From assembly GCA_028023455.1 (NCBI GenBank), contig JAQFVV010000009.1:9238001-9302000 (forward strand): a DNA stretch of 64,000 nucleotides, given 5' to 3'. The DNA comes from Epiperipatus broadwayi (lineage: Eukaryota; Animalia; Onychophora). Every line of letters starts with the position of its first letter. The stretch's first letter is position 1. Below the pieces are notes generated by a model, which did not search any database, was not told the DNA's origin, and worked only from the letters and a program-made list of their open reading frames with translations. Made by a program: the position numbers and the translations under genes. Positions 37,052 to 50,458 of the stretch are shown here, piece after piece.

Positions 37052-39663
37052 TAAGATGACCAACTGTTGTCCTTCTGAAAGTTTTGAACTCCTTTTTTAG
37101 TTGTTATACTCATTTGAAACTTGTTCTCCAAAAGTATACTTATTTGAAACTTGTTCTCCAAAAGTATTCCTTTTGGATCTTTGCACCAGTAAATTTTTTT
37201 TTTCCTTTAGATAATAAAAATTTGGCACCATTTCGCTGGATTACACTGGTCTATAGTTCAAGATTATTCATTAGATGGCAATACAAGTTCAGTTATTCCC
37301 CCATTTTTTTTCATACATAATTGCTGAATGTATGTTCTTTATTTGTCCACAATAGTTTTCATTTTGTTTTAAAATTACATAATTATCTTTTAAATTAGTT
37401 CATTTAAAAAAGTTAAGTGCTTTGAATTATTTAATTTTTGTATCAGAACTTTTACATGATTATGCTGAATATTCAAAAAGTAAGTAATCATATAAAGTTT
37501 CTGGAAACAAATTCTGTGACTCTAATAAGATCATCTAATAATATTCTAACAGTCTATAAATTAATAACATTGATTAAAAATAAAAAATGAGATCAAATTA
37601 TTGAATTATTGATATATAAAAAAAGTCTTGTTTAATCTAATTATTTTTTGAATTTTTGGTATTAATGACAAAAAGCTATTTTAAATATAAATACATTTTG
37701 AATTGCTTTAAATATTTAATTAAAAAATTATTTGTTATATGTTTTTACAATCACGGATGGAGGATTCAAAGAAATGAAAAAATACTTTAATATAAATCAA
37801 AAAGAGTTACATATCAATATTAGAAATAAATAATAATTCATTTATGAAATATACAATTCATAGAGAGAAAATTTTTTCCATAGCAGTGGTTGAAAAGTCT
37901 GCTATCACAAAGTATATCAAGTCAGAAAAACATAAATAACATCTTGATGTTTTCAAACTTCCAAGTTTAAAGTGACCGAAAAATGATTAGAAATTATGAA
38001 AAATATTTTTTCTCTTCACATAATTATCCATAACCACAACTTTAGATATATGGATTGTACTAATAAATTATTGAAAATTTTTTATAACCCTCAATTTTTG
38101 GGCAAGAACTAAATGCAAGTTATTAATAATTATTGTAATGAAAAATTATCACAAGATTTGCAAAATATGTTCATTTGTCTCTGTTTTATCAAATGTATTA
38201 AACCACAAGAGAATAAAATTACATTCAATATTAATGAGATATTTTGATGCTATAACTGGCATTCAATTAAAAATTTAAAATTTAAAATGGATTGAAAGGA
38301 AGCTGTGGAAATTTTGTCAAAGCATTTATTTTGAACCATCAATGAAAATAATCCTAATTTTAAAATTGTGGCACTATCAGCAAATCATACCAAACATGAA
38401 TTTTGGAAGATGCAAGTAAAAGGATAGCAATAATTTACATACAAAATTATAAATATTGTTGAGGAGAAATATATTAGGAATTGGTTTCAATTCACATATA
38501 TTATCAAAGGCCATAAATATAGCTTCCAGTTCCATGTCAACTTAATTATATGGTTTGTGTGGTAGATTTAAAACAATTTTGTGAAGAGGATAATATTGAG
38601 TATGAAAAGCTTCTTGGCAATTCAAAAGATGGTTTGCTTTGATATCAACAATAGAACTCACTCTACAAATTATTTAACTCATATTTCTGAATAAATGACC
38701 TAAAATACAGGAAACATTTTTCAATAATGAGGTATTCTGAAATGATACTTCTTTTTGTGGATAGTCAGGAATACATTTTTTACAAAGTCATACAAGAAAT
38801 AGACTGATAATATTTCAGCAACAGAAGCTAGCATTATTTTAAATAATGTTATTCTACAATATAAGGCAAGATTTCAAAAAGTTTCCTATCCCAAATTATA
38901 AAAATAAATTATTAGTTATGAAAGAATCCAGTCTAAGTATAAAATTTTTTTTTAAAAAAGTTATGATATTTTTAATACATGTTTTCAATTCAGTAAAGAA
39001 TGGACTGTTACTTTAATTCAAATAAACAGTTTCCAGTGAATTCCTTTAAAAAATAAAATAAAATAGACAGATGTTATTACAACAGTTGAATTTATGACAT
39101 GAAACTTAAAAGATATTATTGATGAGAATTTTTTGTTTGAAAAAATAAAAATAAATAGTTTGTTAATTACTGAAAAATTTTAAAAAATGGGTGGATAAAA
39201 AAAATTGATGTTGCTAAAAAAATGGGTATAAATAGTTACCAACTTTAATGATATACTTCTTAAGAAAATCATACTATTACTTAAATTTTTATTGTATTGC
39301 TCCTGCACCAATGCTTCTGTTTGAGTGTTTTCAATTGAAAATGACTATGAAGTAATAATAAATAACAATTATCTGTAAAGATTTTATCATCTGTCATATC
39401 TATAAAATTTAACTAACGTGATGTAAATTGTAGTGAGATTAGCGAATTACTAAAGAAAATGAACAATTACTAAAACAAATACATTCAGTAAAAAATTAGG
39501 AGTCTAAAAAATTAAAAATATTTCAGCATTGTTTAATAAGTAGGTATTTTTAATGATAGCATTTGTAATAATGTTTGTAAGGCCGCTTGTGTTTCACAAG
39601 GCAATACATGATTTTTTTTTACTTACAGTATTCCTTTTTCATTGTAAATAGTTGGTCACCTTA
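37052..39663 (+). mobile_element. Decayed hAT-superfamily (hATm-like) transposon
   Basis: TIRs TAAGATGACCAACT / AGTTGGTCACCTTA (cf. TAGGGTGACC-type ends). Transposase remnants KSEKHK, HNHNFRYMDCTNKLLKIF..ARTKC and KIVALSANHT at ~37830-39450; 30-bp tandem duplication at 37105-37167; no TSD seen. Confidence 0.7.
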
Positions 39664-39679
39664 TTATTTTGTAATCTTA

Positions 39680-39830
39680 AGTAATTTTTCAAACTGAATT
39701 GGCAATACCACTAATCCATGTCAAAATGTGTGACAAGTTTTTGTATGTCTTCATTGTAAAATTCCCCAGTCAGTCACTTTATTTTTTCATCATCTCTCAT
39801 CAAACATTGTGTTGAACATGTATCACAGTA
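39680..39830 (-). pseudogene. Possible mariner transposase C-terminal remnant
   Basis: MRDDEKIK*LTGEFYNEDIQKLVTHFD resembles the mariner C-terminal SDDEVK..FYxxGIQKLVxRYD. Confidence 0.35.
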
Positions 39831-39898
39831 AAAATCTTCAATAAAAATATTTACATTTATATAATACATAAAATTTTTTCCAATGTTGGTAATCTTAC

Positions 39899-40006
39899 TT
39901 GTATTAAATTTCTTCCTGTCATCATTGACCATAAGAGAGATGTCTGCAATTGAAATTGTCGTTTATCTTCGTTGAGTACAAATAAATAAATTGGACAATC
40001 ATCTTC
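39899..40006 (-). CDS. Candidate exon of an unidentified host gene (EDDCPIYLFVLNEDKRQFQLQTSLLWSMMTGRNLIQ)
   Basis: gcttag| acceptor and |GTAAGA donor; 108-bp open frame, in frame with the 40098-40174 exon across a 91-bp GT-AG intron. Confidence 0.55.
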
Positions 40007-40097
40007 CTAAGCAATAAATACAATTAAAAATAAAAATATTAATTACTTTTTTATCTTCAGTTTTTTCAATAGTTTTTGAAAATAATAAATGTATTAC

Positions 40098-40174
40098 CTT
40101 ATCGGCAGAAAGAAAGTTTGTTTCGAGCTTGAGAACATTTTGAAATGCAGCTGAAGGTTTATTGTCCATCATAA
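40098..40174 (-). CDS. Candidate exon (xMMDNKPSAAFQNVLKLETNFLSADK)
   Basis: ttaaatag| acceptor and AAG|GTAATA donor; 77 bp, splices in phase 0 to 39899-40006. Confidence 0.55.
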
Positions 40175-41927
40175 CTATTTAAATATATAGATATTTGATT
40201 GATTATTTTTAAATAAAATATTAGTATATAGTTTCAATAATTTTTTTCTTTTGTTTTATATTAGCATAATGCTTCTGTAATCAAGTGAGAACTTTTTGTT
40301 ATACTGTACTTTTACATCACATAAGCTCTCCGTTACATCTAAGCATATGTTTCTTGTTATACTTATGCAAGTGCAGCAGAGAATAAATTCACTGCTATAT
40401 CTAAACATGTGCACTGGCATTTAAAAATATGATTAAGAAATAAATTCCTTGTTAAATTTACGCAATACATTGAGTGACATGCCCCATAAAACATGAGCAT
40501 TAGGTAAGAGTTATCACATATATGCAAGTGCACTTCATACAATTTGAACTTTATTTTAGTTATTTTTTAATAATTAGTTAAGTTCAAACTGATAGTTGTT
40601 GTTATTATACAAAAAAACTTTAGTAAAAGCACTATATGTTCAATAAATCTGAAAACACTAATCACAAACTTCGCTTTGCTTTTAAAAAAAATAATATATT
40701 TTAGGCAGCAAGTAGTTTTGGAATACTATCATGTAATCTTTAAAAAATATAAAACTACCCAAGCCTAATCTGTTCAATTAAACTGAATATAAAATACCTG
40801 AATGATGGTTAAGTTGATACAAATGTTTAGACCTGAAATTAAAAATAAAATAATCTCCTATCCAGTGGCCAATCAAAACAAACAACCCTAAAATCAACTG
40901 CAACATATCTGGTTAAAGAATCTAGGGTGCAGAATAGCATGATTTATTAATCCAGAATTCTTTCAACATAAGAATACAAATTTAGTCAATATATTGACCC
41001 ATTTATTATATTGTAACATAAAGAAAAGCATTCACAGAATTATGTAAAAACTTCTAACTGAAAACTTGCAATATGTAAGTTTAATAAAATAGTTATCTGC
41101 AAGTTATTAACTAGATGAATGGCAGTGTATTCAATTGTTAGCTGCCTATCAATCGTAAATACATAAAGTAATTTATTTTGATTAATCATAACAGATTTAA
41201 GATTCCAATTATGTATGAAATTTTCTAATAAACCATTGTCATTTGTAATAGTAATAGCAAAAAACTGCTATATGATTTTCTGAGTTGTCTTTCCATTTTT
41301 ATATATGAAATTCCATAATCTACTTTACTTGTCAAAATATCTGACAATTACATCTACCAAATAATTTCTAACTTTATTAATAAATAAATAACTATTATAG
41401 CAAATGATAAAAACTTTTGTATTTCTCTTCAACTGATGGCAGACTGTTATTGTAAAATATATATGGTGAGACTAAGGAAAATGTAATAATTTAATAATAA
41501 AAATAAGATTTTTTTAAATTAAAAAAATGCTTATTATTAATACAATTTATTAATTAATATTTAAAACCTATCACTAAAAGAGAAATTTACCAAAACATAT
41601 TTTTTATAAAAAAAAGTCAACCTTTCAAAGATTCAGAACCACTAAATTGAGTTACTTGTGGCAATTATTAAATTAATGTATTGTGGAATTCAATGTTGAA
41701 TAAAAGATTATGTCTATTTTCTTGTGTATTATTTAAAAAACACTTCTAAATATATAAAAAAATTAATGCAATCCTAATGAATTGAAACCAGTTTTCAAAA
41801 CATAAAGGAAGAGTTAAATATAAGTAAGATTAGCAGACAGCCAAAGTTTTTGTTCAAATGGAGTTAATACACATTGCTATTGGTATTATTCACAAGTCTG
41901 AAATAAAAAAAAAATCTTCCTATGTAT

Positions 41928-44489
41928 TGAAGCAGTCAATCTTAGCCCAAGATTAAACTTCATGGTTCTAACTACTGACCTATATTCATATCCTACATTC
42001 TATCCTGCTCCTTTAGTTGGGTATATATATTTCATGTATATTTCTGTGAAGCGCGCCTCAAAATTATAAATTTTAGCTTTTTGGAATCTAACGATTGCAT
42101 CTTCAAGAACAATGGATAAAGAAAATGTAAAATTTTGTTAGATCGAAGATTAGAGTTTGAGCTAGAAATAAAAAGTGAAAAGCATTCCACAAATACCTGA
42201 GTGTGATATAAAATGGGCTGATTTTAAACACCAAAGGTTAGCTACTATTGAGAAAATTGTGTTAACATAGCCCATGCTGGTTTGAAATTTAAAAATAATG
42301 ATCGAGTAGAAAGCTCATCACCTTACTAGACCCGTGGAAGTCATCTTCTGCTGCCATACCATCCTGCTGCTGAAGAATGAAGTAAAAGCCTGACCTGAGA
42401 ACTTTGGAATGCTGATCGGAAGCTTGCTGTTACCTAAGAACTTGCATGGATCCCTGAATCACCATGCACGAGCTGGACTTTTAAAATGGACTCGAAGAAA
42501 TGTACAAGGTAAATCAGTAGTTCATACCACAACCAGAAAGTAAAGCTATTCTAACTAATCTCAAACCCTATTATCAAGATTTCTCCTAACGTTTTGTTTA
42601 ACTTTCTCTTTCTAATATGTAAAATATAAATTGCTCTCAAATGATTTTTTTTTTGTCTAATCCTATTTCATATGCTCTAACTTTCTTTAACTTTGGTGTG
42701 GTCATTTATTTATATGTATTTATTACTTGATTTTATGTGTCTGTTTTAGTTATTATTAATATGCCAATCTAAAGCAACCTGATGAGCTGAATTTCTAAAA
42801 TCTTTTCTTTCCTCCTTTTAAGTAAATGTCCATAAATTAAGGTTATTAATGTCTTCTTAAAATATAATGTGTGATTAATTAATACGCTCACCAGATTGTT
42901 TTTACAAATCAACATATTATGTTGGTTTTTCTTATAAAATTGTTATTGGTTCAATTCCAAATAGAATGAAGTAATTCTACACGAGGTAAATCCATCACTC
43001 AAACTAATTAACATTTTGAAATCTAAAATGTTATTTAAATTCAGAAAGGCTGACCTTAGTGATAAAATTTCTTTTATTTTCATACTCTTAAAATATCTAA
43101 TGCTAAAATATTATCAGAATCCATGAAAATGGAATTAAATTATTTTAAATACCGGAAAAGGAAGGGGTCAAATTTTAACATATATTTTATTAAATGAAAT
43201 CTACTCTATTCACATATTATAGTGATGTAGTGCATCGTTTGAATAAATTATAGCATTAAAACATGGGGTCATTTATTGTAAAGCAGTAAATCCTATTCAA
43301 TGTCATTAGTGACATTTATCCATACTGCATTACTGACATTCAGCTTATTTTCATGATTATATATATATGTGCTTCCAATCTGGGGTTGCATCAAGATCGA
43401 ACCCATGGATTTTCTTCTCATGTCCTGTCCTATAGGATAGTTGAGTTTCCTAGGACCTTCTTCATATAAAAGGCCTCTGCATGTCAGTGATGTCCACGCC
43501 ATACCTAACCTTCTCTCTAAGCATTGCCCTAAGGGGGTCTTAAATTTCGTTTCCATCCAGAAACACAATCTTATCTTTGATTTCTTGGCCATTATGTTGG
43601 TACCGCCAACTTTTTAGATTATTTCTTTGCTTTATGACCTAATTTTAATGCTGTAATATTAAAATTGCACTCTGCTTAAAAATATATGTAAATGCCGAAT
43701 ATTACCAATTTCATTAATTGTGTTATTTCAGTCTTAGTATGCAATCCCACTGACATAATTTATTATTTCTGTATTTAAGAGTATCTGCCTTGGGGAAAAT
43801 CAAGTGTTTTGTCTTTTAAATGTTAAGTAAAAGGATTTTCAATAAATATTTTGTCATATAATCACTGCAATGGCATGAAAATAGTTTTTCTTATATATGT
43901 AATGAATCTTGAAATGCTCCCCAAAATAATGTTAGTCACTGTGTTTCAGAACCATAAATCAAAGCATTAATAGAAATATTATGTAATCTTTTTAATAAAT
44001 GATTGGCATCTTAATACCATATCCACCAAAGATGTGTGTTAATGTATATATACTATTTAGTTAATAAGAGCATATGAAAATCATCAGCGTGAATCCAAAT
44101 GTCATTATCTACCATTTGGTAGACCACTCAGTCACACACACATTTATGTATATAATTAATTCATTATATTAAACTTTTTATAGTCTAAACTTATTTGAGA
44201 TGTTTGAATTCCCTTTTCTCCACTTCCATGCATACAACCATGCATATGCCTATTGTAGTTAAGTTATAATGTAGTTAATATTAAGTTTCATTGTCTTCTC
44301 CACTCTGCTAGTGGGCCGGACTTTAGAATTCTCATGTGCCATCATTATGTTATTCATTAGGTGTTTAATCAGGGCTTAGGGAATGGGTTCAAATCCAGGT
44401 TGGTCCCTGACCTAAATCTCAGGCTTGACTAAGTTTGAAGTACATTTTACCAGCTCATATTAGATGGATCAACACATTTGACCAGTACA
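41928..44489. mobile_element. TG...CA non-coding element, copy B (inverted relative to 20206-23172)
   Basis: Ends TGAAGCAGTCAATC / TTGACCAGTACA; colinear diverged homology along its length; no TSD retained. Confidence 0.7.
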
Positions 44490-44530
44490 TAGTTTTTTCC
44501 TAAATTTGGCACCCAACATGTGGCACAAAT

Positions 44531-46622
44531 TATAATGGTCGATGGAACCTCCCTAACCTAATCTCCATACAAGGTGCCACCAGTTTGAACCTTGAAAATG
44601 TATGCAGTAGGCACATACACACTGGATAGGTTACTCTTTTATCAAACCAAAAGCCCCAGTCATGAGCTTAGGAAAAAGCTGAACTTAAAATATCATCTGC
44701 CAAAATTCAATTAAATAAAACATTTTATTATAATGCACACATATGTTAAAAGAAAAATTTCTAAAAATTAAATTAACTAGTCAATATATTTGATTTGAAT
44801 TATATGCACAGATGGCAAACCAATTATATAATTCTTTAAGATTGAAAATCTAAAACAAGATTGTTTTGATATAAACGAATTTTAAAAAAGTTGTTAATTA
44901 GTTATTTTAATCTTAGAATGGAAATGATATTCTATATTGACATAATAGCAAACAGGCCCTTGGGCATAAAGTCAGATAAAACAAATTAAAAAATAGTGAT
45001 AAAATTTTGAGTTCCCACTCTAAAGAAAGGCAACCAATAACAATGAAAATAAACGCATGGTCCACAGAGAAAAGTCAAGCCAGACAAGATTGATCCTGGA
45101 ATTTGATAAGAATTCACAAAAATATAAAAAGCTTTGTAGTTGAGATTTAGATTTTGGTTTGCTCATCCTAATTATATCTTATTTAAATATATTTATAAAT
45201 GTATTGCGGATCTCCAAAATGTAGAGATCACACAATAAATTGTTTCCCACATTTACTTGAGCTGAGGTGGCCTCCAGAGTATGATAGTTCCTGGAAACTG
45301 GTACTCCATCTAGAACAATATGAAATGGAAAAAACTTTGAATTGTGTCAAGGACTGCAAAGACGGACTTTACCTACTTTACCTACAGCATTGGAAAGTAT
45401 AAACTTTTGTTTAAATGAAATATGAACATTAACTATATAATACAAACTTTTTTAAGTAGTAATTTTAAACATCATTTAATTTTAAGAGAAATCTTTTACA
45501 TGACTAAAACTTAAATTATTTGTTATATTTTCTTTTAATATGTTTGCTAATATTATCATTTCCATTCTCGTAATTTTTTTTTAATTAATAATTTAAAATA
45601 AGCGTAAATAGCTGCATAGGTTTGTAAGATTATGTTAGTTTAAAGTGTGTTAATTTTGGGCTAATTGTTTCGTAGTTAAATCAGTGCTAGTGGATAGATG
45701 TACGGATGTTTTATGTCAATGTAATTTGAATAGGTGCATTGGATACTTGTTCCCTTGTACTATGTTAACATACAGGGCATAATATCCACCTGAACATATA
45801 GCCCAAAAGTGTAGACATCATGTTGCCAATGTCCGTATATGTATTTCCTGTGCCAGATTTTCTTATACTCTGATTGGGACAGTAACCAGAAAAGACTGCT
45901 ATCCTCTTTTACAGAGCATCTATCTCTTCTATATATATTTCAATAATTTAATTTTTGTATTACCAATTGGGCAGTGGATCGTTCCTGTCTGTTGGTGAAA
46001 TTTATTAATGATCATGGGGAAGATGCTCATTCCTTCCTACCATAATTTTTTATTTCTCAAATGATATCATGCTATAGATATAAATTCCTGTTAGCATGGT
46101 TATGTTATGCTAATAATCTCATTTTGAATTGGTCACTTTGGTATATTAGTAAACTAACGTTGGTTTAAATATGAGATTTTAGCCTAAGGTTAAAAGGGAT
46201 TGGGTTGGTTATATGCGTAATCTATATAGCATATTCACACTTAGTAAAATATTAAAATTGTATTAAATCAATTAGATGCTTCCATCTGGGCATAGAATTC
46301 AAATCAAATATATTCACTGGTTAATTTAATTTTCAGAAATTTTTCTTTTAAGATATGTGTGCATTATAATAAATTGTTTTGTTTAATTAAGTTTTGGCAG
46401 TAATTTATTTTATTAATATTTAAAATTAAGAATTAATTTGAATATACAGTGTGATATTTTAAGCTCAGCTTTTCCCTGAGCTAGTGACTAGGGCTTTCGG
46501 TTTGATAAAAGAGTAACCTCTCTCGTGCGTATCTACCTACTATATAAAATTTTCCAGGTTCAAATGGCCTGGTAGTTCCTTGTATGACAGATTAGGTTAG
46601 GGAGATTCCATCGACCATTATA
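44531..46622. repeat. Pair of ~300-350-bp inverted repeats (44531-44825 and 46270-46622)
   Basis: tataatggtcgatggaacctccctaacctaatc vs gattaggttagggagattccatcgaccattata; contains a B-box-like ccaggttcaaat. Confidence 0.8.
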
Positions 46623-49319
46623 GCCATTTAAAATTTAAAAAATAATACTGTTAAAGTATTTAAGAAAGTTGTAAATGGTATGATAAGTCCGAAATAGTAA
46701 TTAGCAAAACTCTGAACCATTGCTCCCTGGCTATCTTCTGATTTATATCTATTATCCAATAATGAATCATTATCTCAGGTCATAAATGAAAACACAGAAT
46801 TTTATTTTATTGTGAACTAAAAAAGCTACCAAGTTTCTTTTAATAACTTGATTTCCAGCACATGAAATTATTATTATAGTATTTTGAAATCTATAAATAT
46901 TCTATTACATACTTTAGTAATTCACCTGTTACATAAAATGGTGTCCCAAAATGAAGTGTGATATGTCTACATACATGGTAGACAAGAGTGACCAGAAAGC
47001 TCTATATAAGCCAAAGGAACAAATAAGTTATAAAGAATTAGAGTTGGTTATCATAGAAAGACAGTAGAGAAAGAGAAGTAAAAACAGAGCAGCACTAAAA
47101 GGAAAATAATATAAAATAAATCCTAAAAAAATTTCGACTTCTTATATTAGGAAAGTTGAAGTTAGGAATATTTAAATAAGATTAGAAAGGGAGGGTACTA
47201 AGTAAATGATCCAATAATAATATAATAACTGATAAAGTCAGGAAATATTTGATTTATCCTAAAAGAATCCAAATAGCTTGATCAACAACAACAAAAAAAT
47301 AAACCAAAGTGATAACACAGAATATGAATAAACAGGAGATTAGTAATATTGGGAATGTATACAATAAAAAAGACAAAAATGAAGAGTAATACTTACCAAC
47401 ATTTAGTTGGAATATTAAAAGAAAATGAACTGAAACTGAAGTTTCTCTGGTCTATGAATATTTTCTTACTGCAATTAGAGTGTTCCTATGATAAATCAAT
47501 ACTTATTTTATTGATTTTTGTAATGATTAGATGCTGAAAATAATTTAAAGCCTTATGCTTAAACTACTATGAGTTGGTAAAATTCTTAAAATATATATAT
47601 ATAGGGAAAAAATCATAAACTAGTATTGGAATTTATTGTTGATGAAGTCAGAAATGAAATGTGAGATTTAATTGACTTTGTTCTCTTTAAAACTCCTTAT
47701 TAGCTGGAAAATTAAAAAAAAATATGCATTACATATGTTTCTAAATGTCATATAAAATTAACACAATTAAGGATTTAAATTAAATATTTATATGTATTGC
47801 AGAATTTGTGCAAACATGACAAAATTATCAAAAATCTCATATCTGGTACTATAAAAAGATTTTATATTTGTTGGCTAATTAACAAAAGTTTCATACTTAG
47901 TTGTTTAATTCCTGGTCTCATAAAGATATTTGTTGGAAAATTTATCAAAAAAATTCATTCATGGTCTTTTTTTATTATTATTATTTTTGAATACAGCCTA
48001 AAAACAGTAAAATGTTTCCAATGTACCTATATGATATACATCGATTATATTGCATCAGAAATTTACAAAGTTTTCAGGAGAAATATTATAAATCAAACTT
48101 CAACTCATTCAAAAATGACTTTCTTTTGTTATACAATTTTCTATTTTAATTTAGAAAAAATATTGTATGTTATTTTAAAAATATATTTGTAAGAATTTAA
48201 ATTTCTAATATTGATTAAAAAATAGGCAGTTATCAGAATAATGTGTTAAAATAATTTTTTGTAAATGAAATTAAATCTGTCTGTGTCTTAAAGCTAATAG
48301 ATTATTTGAATTAAGTCATTATGTTTACTTAATTCCTATGTTAATTATATTTATGGAATTTAATATTGATAAAAATTTGTCTAGCTACATAAATAATTTT
48401 ATGTAATCCTAAGAGTTGTGAAGCCAGTTAATGAGAGCTAAAGAAAGAATTGAATGCAAGAGAGATAAGAAAAACAGTTAAGTTTTAAAGCTCAAGTGGA
48501 GTTTATATTCATAGCTATTGGAATAATGTACAGTTCTAAAAAGACACGTGGCTAGAACTCTTTAGACCAATACTTTTTAACTATCTCACAAACAATATTT
48601 ACAATCCAATAAAGAATCATTACTTCAAACCATATATGCAAACTATACAAAATTTTATTTTATTGTAATCTAGAAAGTTACAGTTCTTTAAATAATTTGT
48701 TTTCCAATATGTAAGATTATTAATATAGCATTTTTGAAATACATATTTCTGTCTTTTATTGCACAATTTAGCAATCCAATATTAGATATAATTAAGCCAC
48801 ATACAATCCTTAAAATATTCCGTTACTATTTGTATCATATATTCATTGAAATTTCCAAGATCTAGTTAAATTACTTCACTGCTCTCCAATGTCAAATTTG
48901 CTTTGCAAACATAAAATGAATCCATTTTCATTCACTTTACCAGTTCTTACAAGGATAGCCAATCTGACAAATTGATATTAATTAGGATTAATATAAATGG
49001 GTTTGTTTTATGTTGGCAAAGCAAAGTTGACAATAGAGGGCAATGAAGTGATTTAACTAGATTTTGGAAAGTTTATTGGTCCAATAATTAAATACTGTAA
49101 GCATGATATTAATTAGTATTTATAGATAAATGCAATAGGTTGTGTTACTCATTATAAAATAGATATATTGGTGTCACTGAATGATTTATTTATGTTACAA
49201 TTAATAACAATCTGAATAGGGAGCGTGTGTGTATATATATATAACAATAAAAATAATAAATGTAAAGGTAATTAACTACTGTATACAACCTTTCAATTTG
49301 CAGAAATACTTTCAGTTAA

Positions 49320-49501
49320 TTCCTTAATCCTTCTCGACTGCTGTTAGGTTAAAAAATTAATGAAATACTTAATTTCCATTATATTTTTTATCTTTATTGT
49401 TATTATAATATTCCTTAATCCTTCTCGACTGCTGTTAGGTTAAAAAATTAATGAAATACTTAATTTCCATTATATTTTTTATCTTTATTGTTATTATAAT
49501 A
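49320..49501. repeat. Perfect 91-bp tandem duplication
   Basis: ttccttaatccttctcgactgctgttagg...ttattataata begins at 49320 and 49411. Confidence 0.95.
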
Positions 49502-50309
49502 GTTTTTAATTAACAAACATTTTATTTGTATTATATATATATAGAATTGCCTAAAGATTTATTTTAAAAAATTCTGACGTTCTATATACATATATTCATG
49601 AAAAAGATTGTGAGAATATTTTTTTAAGCATTAACCTCATTGTCTTTAATAAATAAATGCTTCGAATAGAAAACCACTTAACTGGTTAACTTCTCATACA
49701 GTAATCAGATTAAAATTAATTTGGTATTTATTTCAAGTAGTAAATTCAAATTGTAGTCTATTTTACTTCTGATATCAATATATAAAATGGTTGACATACA
49801 AAAAAAATTATTCTTAGACTACAGTCATGATATAAATTAAAGAAATGCTACAAAAAATGCAACCATCAACCAAGCTGAAAACAGGCATTACATAATGTAG
49901 TGATTTGAGAATTTGTTAATCAAAAACTATTATAGAGATTTTAATACATTAAAAAGACCTTTACAGTGATGGTGTCACAGTAAGAATGCTAACTTTAGCT
50001 TAATTTAAAACTTGCTAGCAAATTTCTCTCTCTTTTTTTCAATTTGTTAACAAAATATAATTTCAATAATTTTTAAATATTTAATAATTATGGGTATTTC
50101 ATATTTCATTTCTAATAAAGAAAGTACAATATGCTTTATATAAAATAAGATTCTAGACTATTCTTATTTGACTTTATTGCTGATTAAGATATGTTTTTTG
50201 AAACTAGTTCTGTAAACCTAGTATTATCCAGTTTACATTTTAGTAGTTGGTTGTTTTATATATATATATATATATTAAATACTGACTAATGCTATACTAG
50301 TAATAATAA

Positions 50310-50458
50310 ATAAACTAAAAATTCATATATCATTATAATAATAGCCCAAAAAACTAAATTTTACTAAAATTCTTCCACAACCATAGTTGGTATTGTGGAA
50401 AAATTAAAGTTTAGTTTTTTGGCTAGTATTGTAATGTTATAGGAATTTTTATTTTATA
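50310..50458. repeat. Imperfect palindrome (~70-bp arms), MITE-like
   Basis: tagcccaaaaaactaaa..ttccacaacca / tggtattgtggaa..tttagttttttggcta. Confidence 0.7.

Noticed and set aside
42770-42805. CTGATGAG motif conserved in both TG...CA element copies (also 22030-22050, minus strand)
   Set aside because: No GAAA or pairing helix II follows; not a supportable hammerhead.
45199-45402. 67-aa plus-strand ORF with protein-like composition
   Set aside because: Equally plausible open frames and splice sites exist on the minus strand; strand and identity cannot be decided without RNA data.
46950-47500. Purine-rich stretch suggestive of a LINE endonuclease; similar weak remnants at 56560-56830 and 61260-61560
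   Set aside because: No diagnostic motif is recoverable by eye; too decayed to call.
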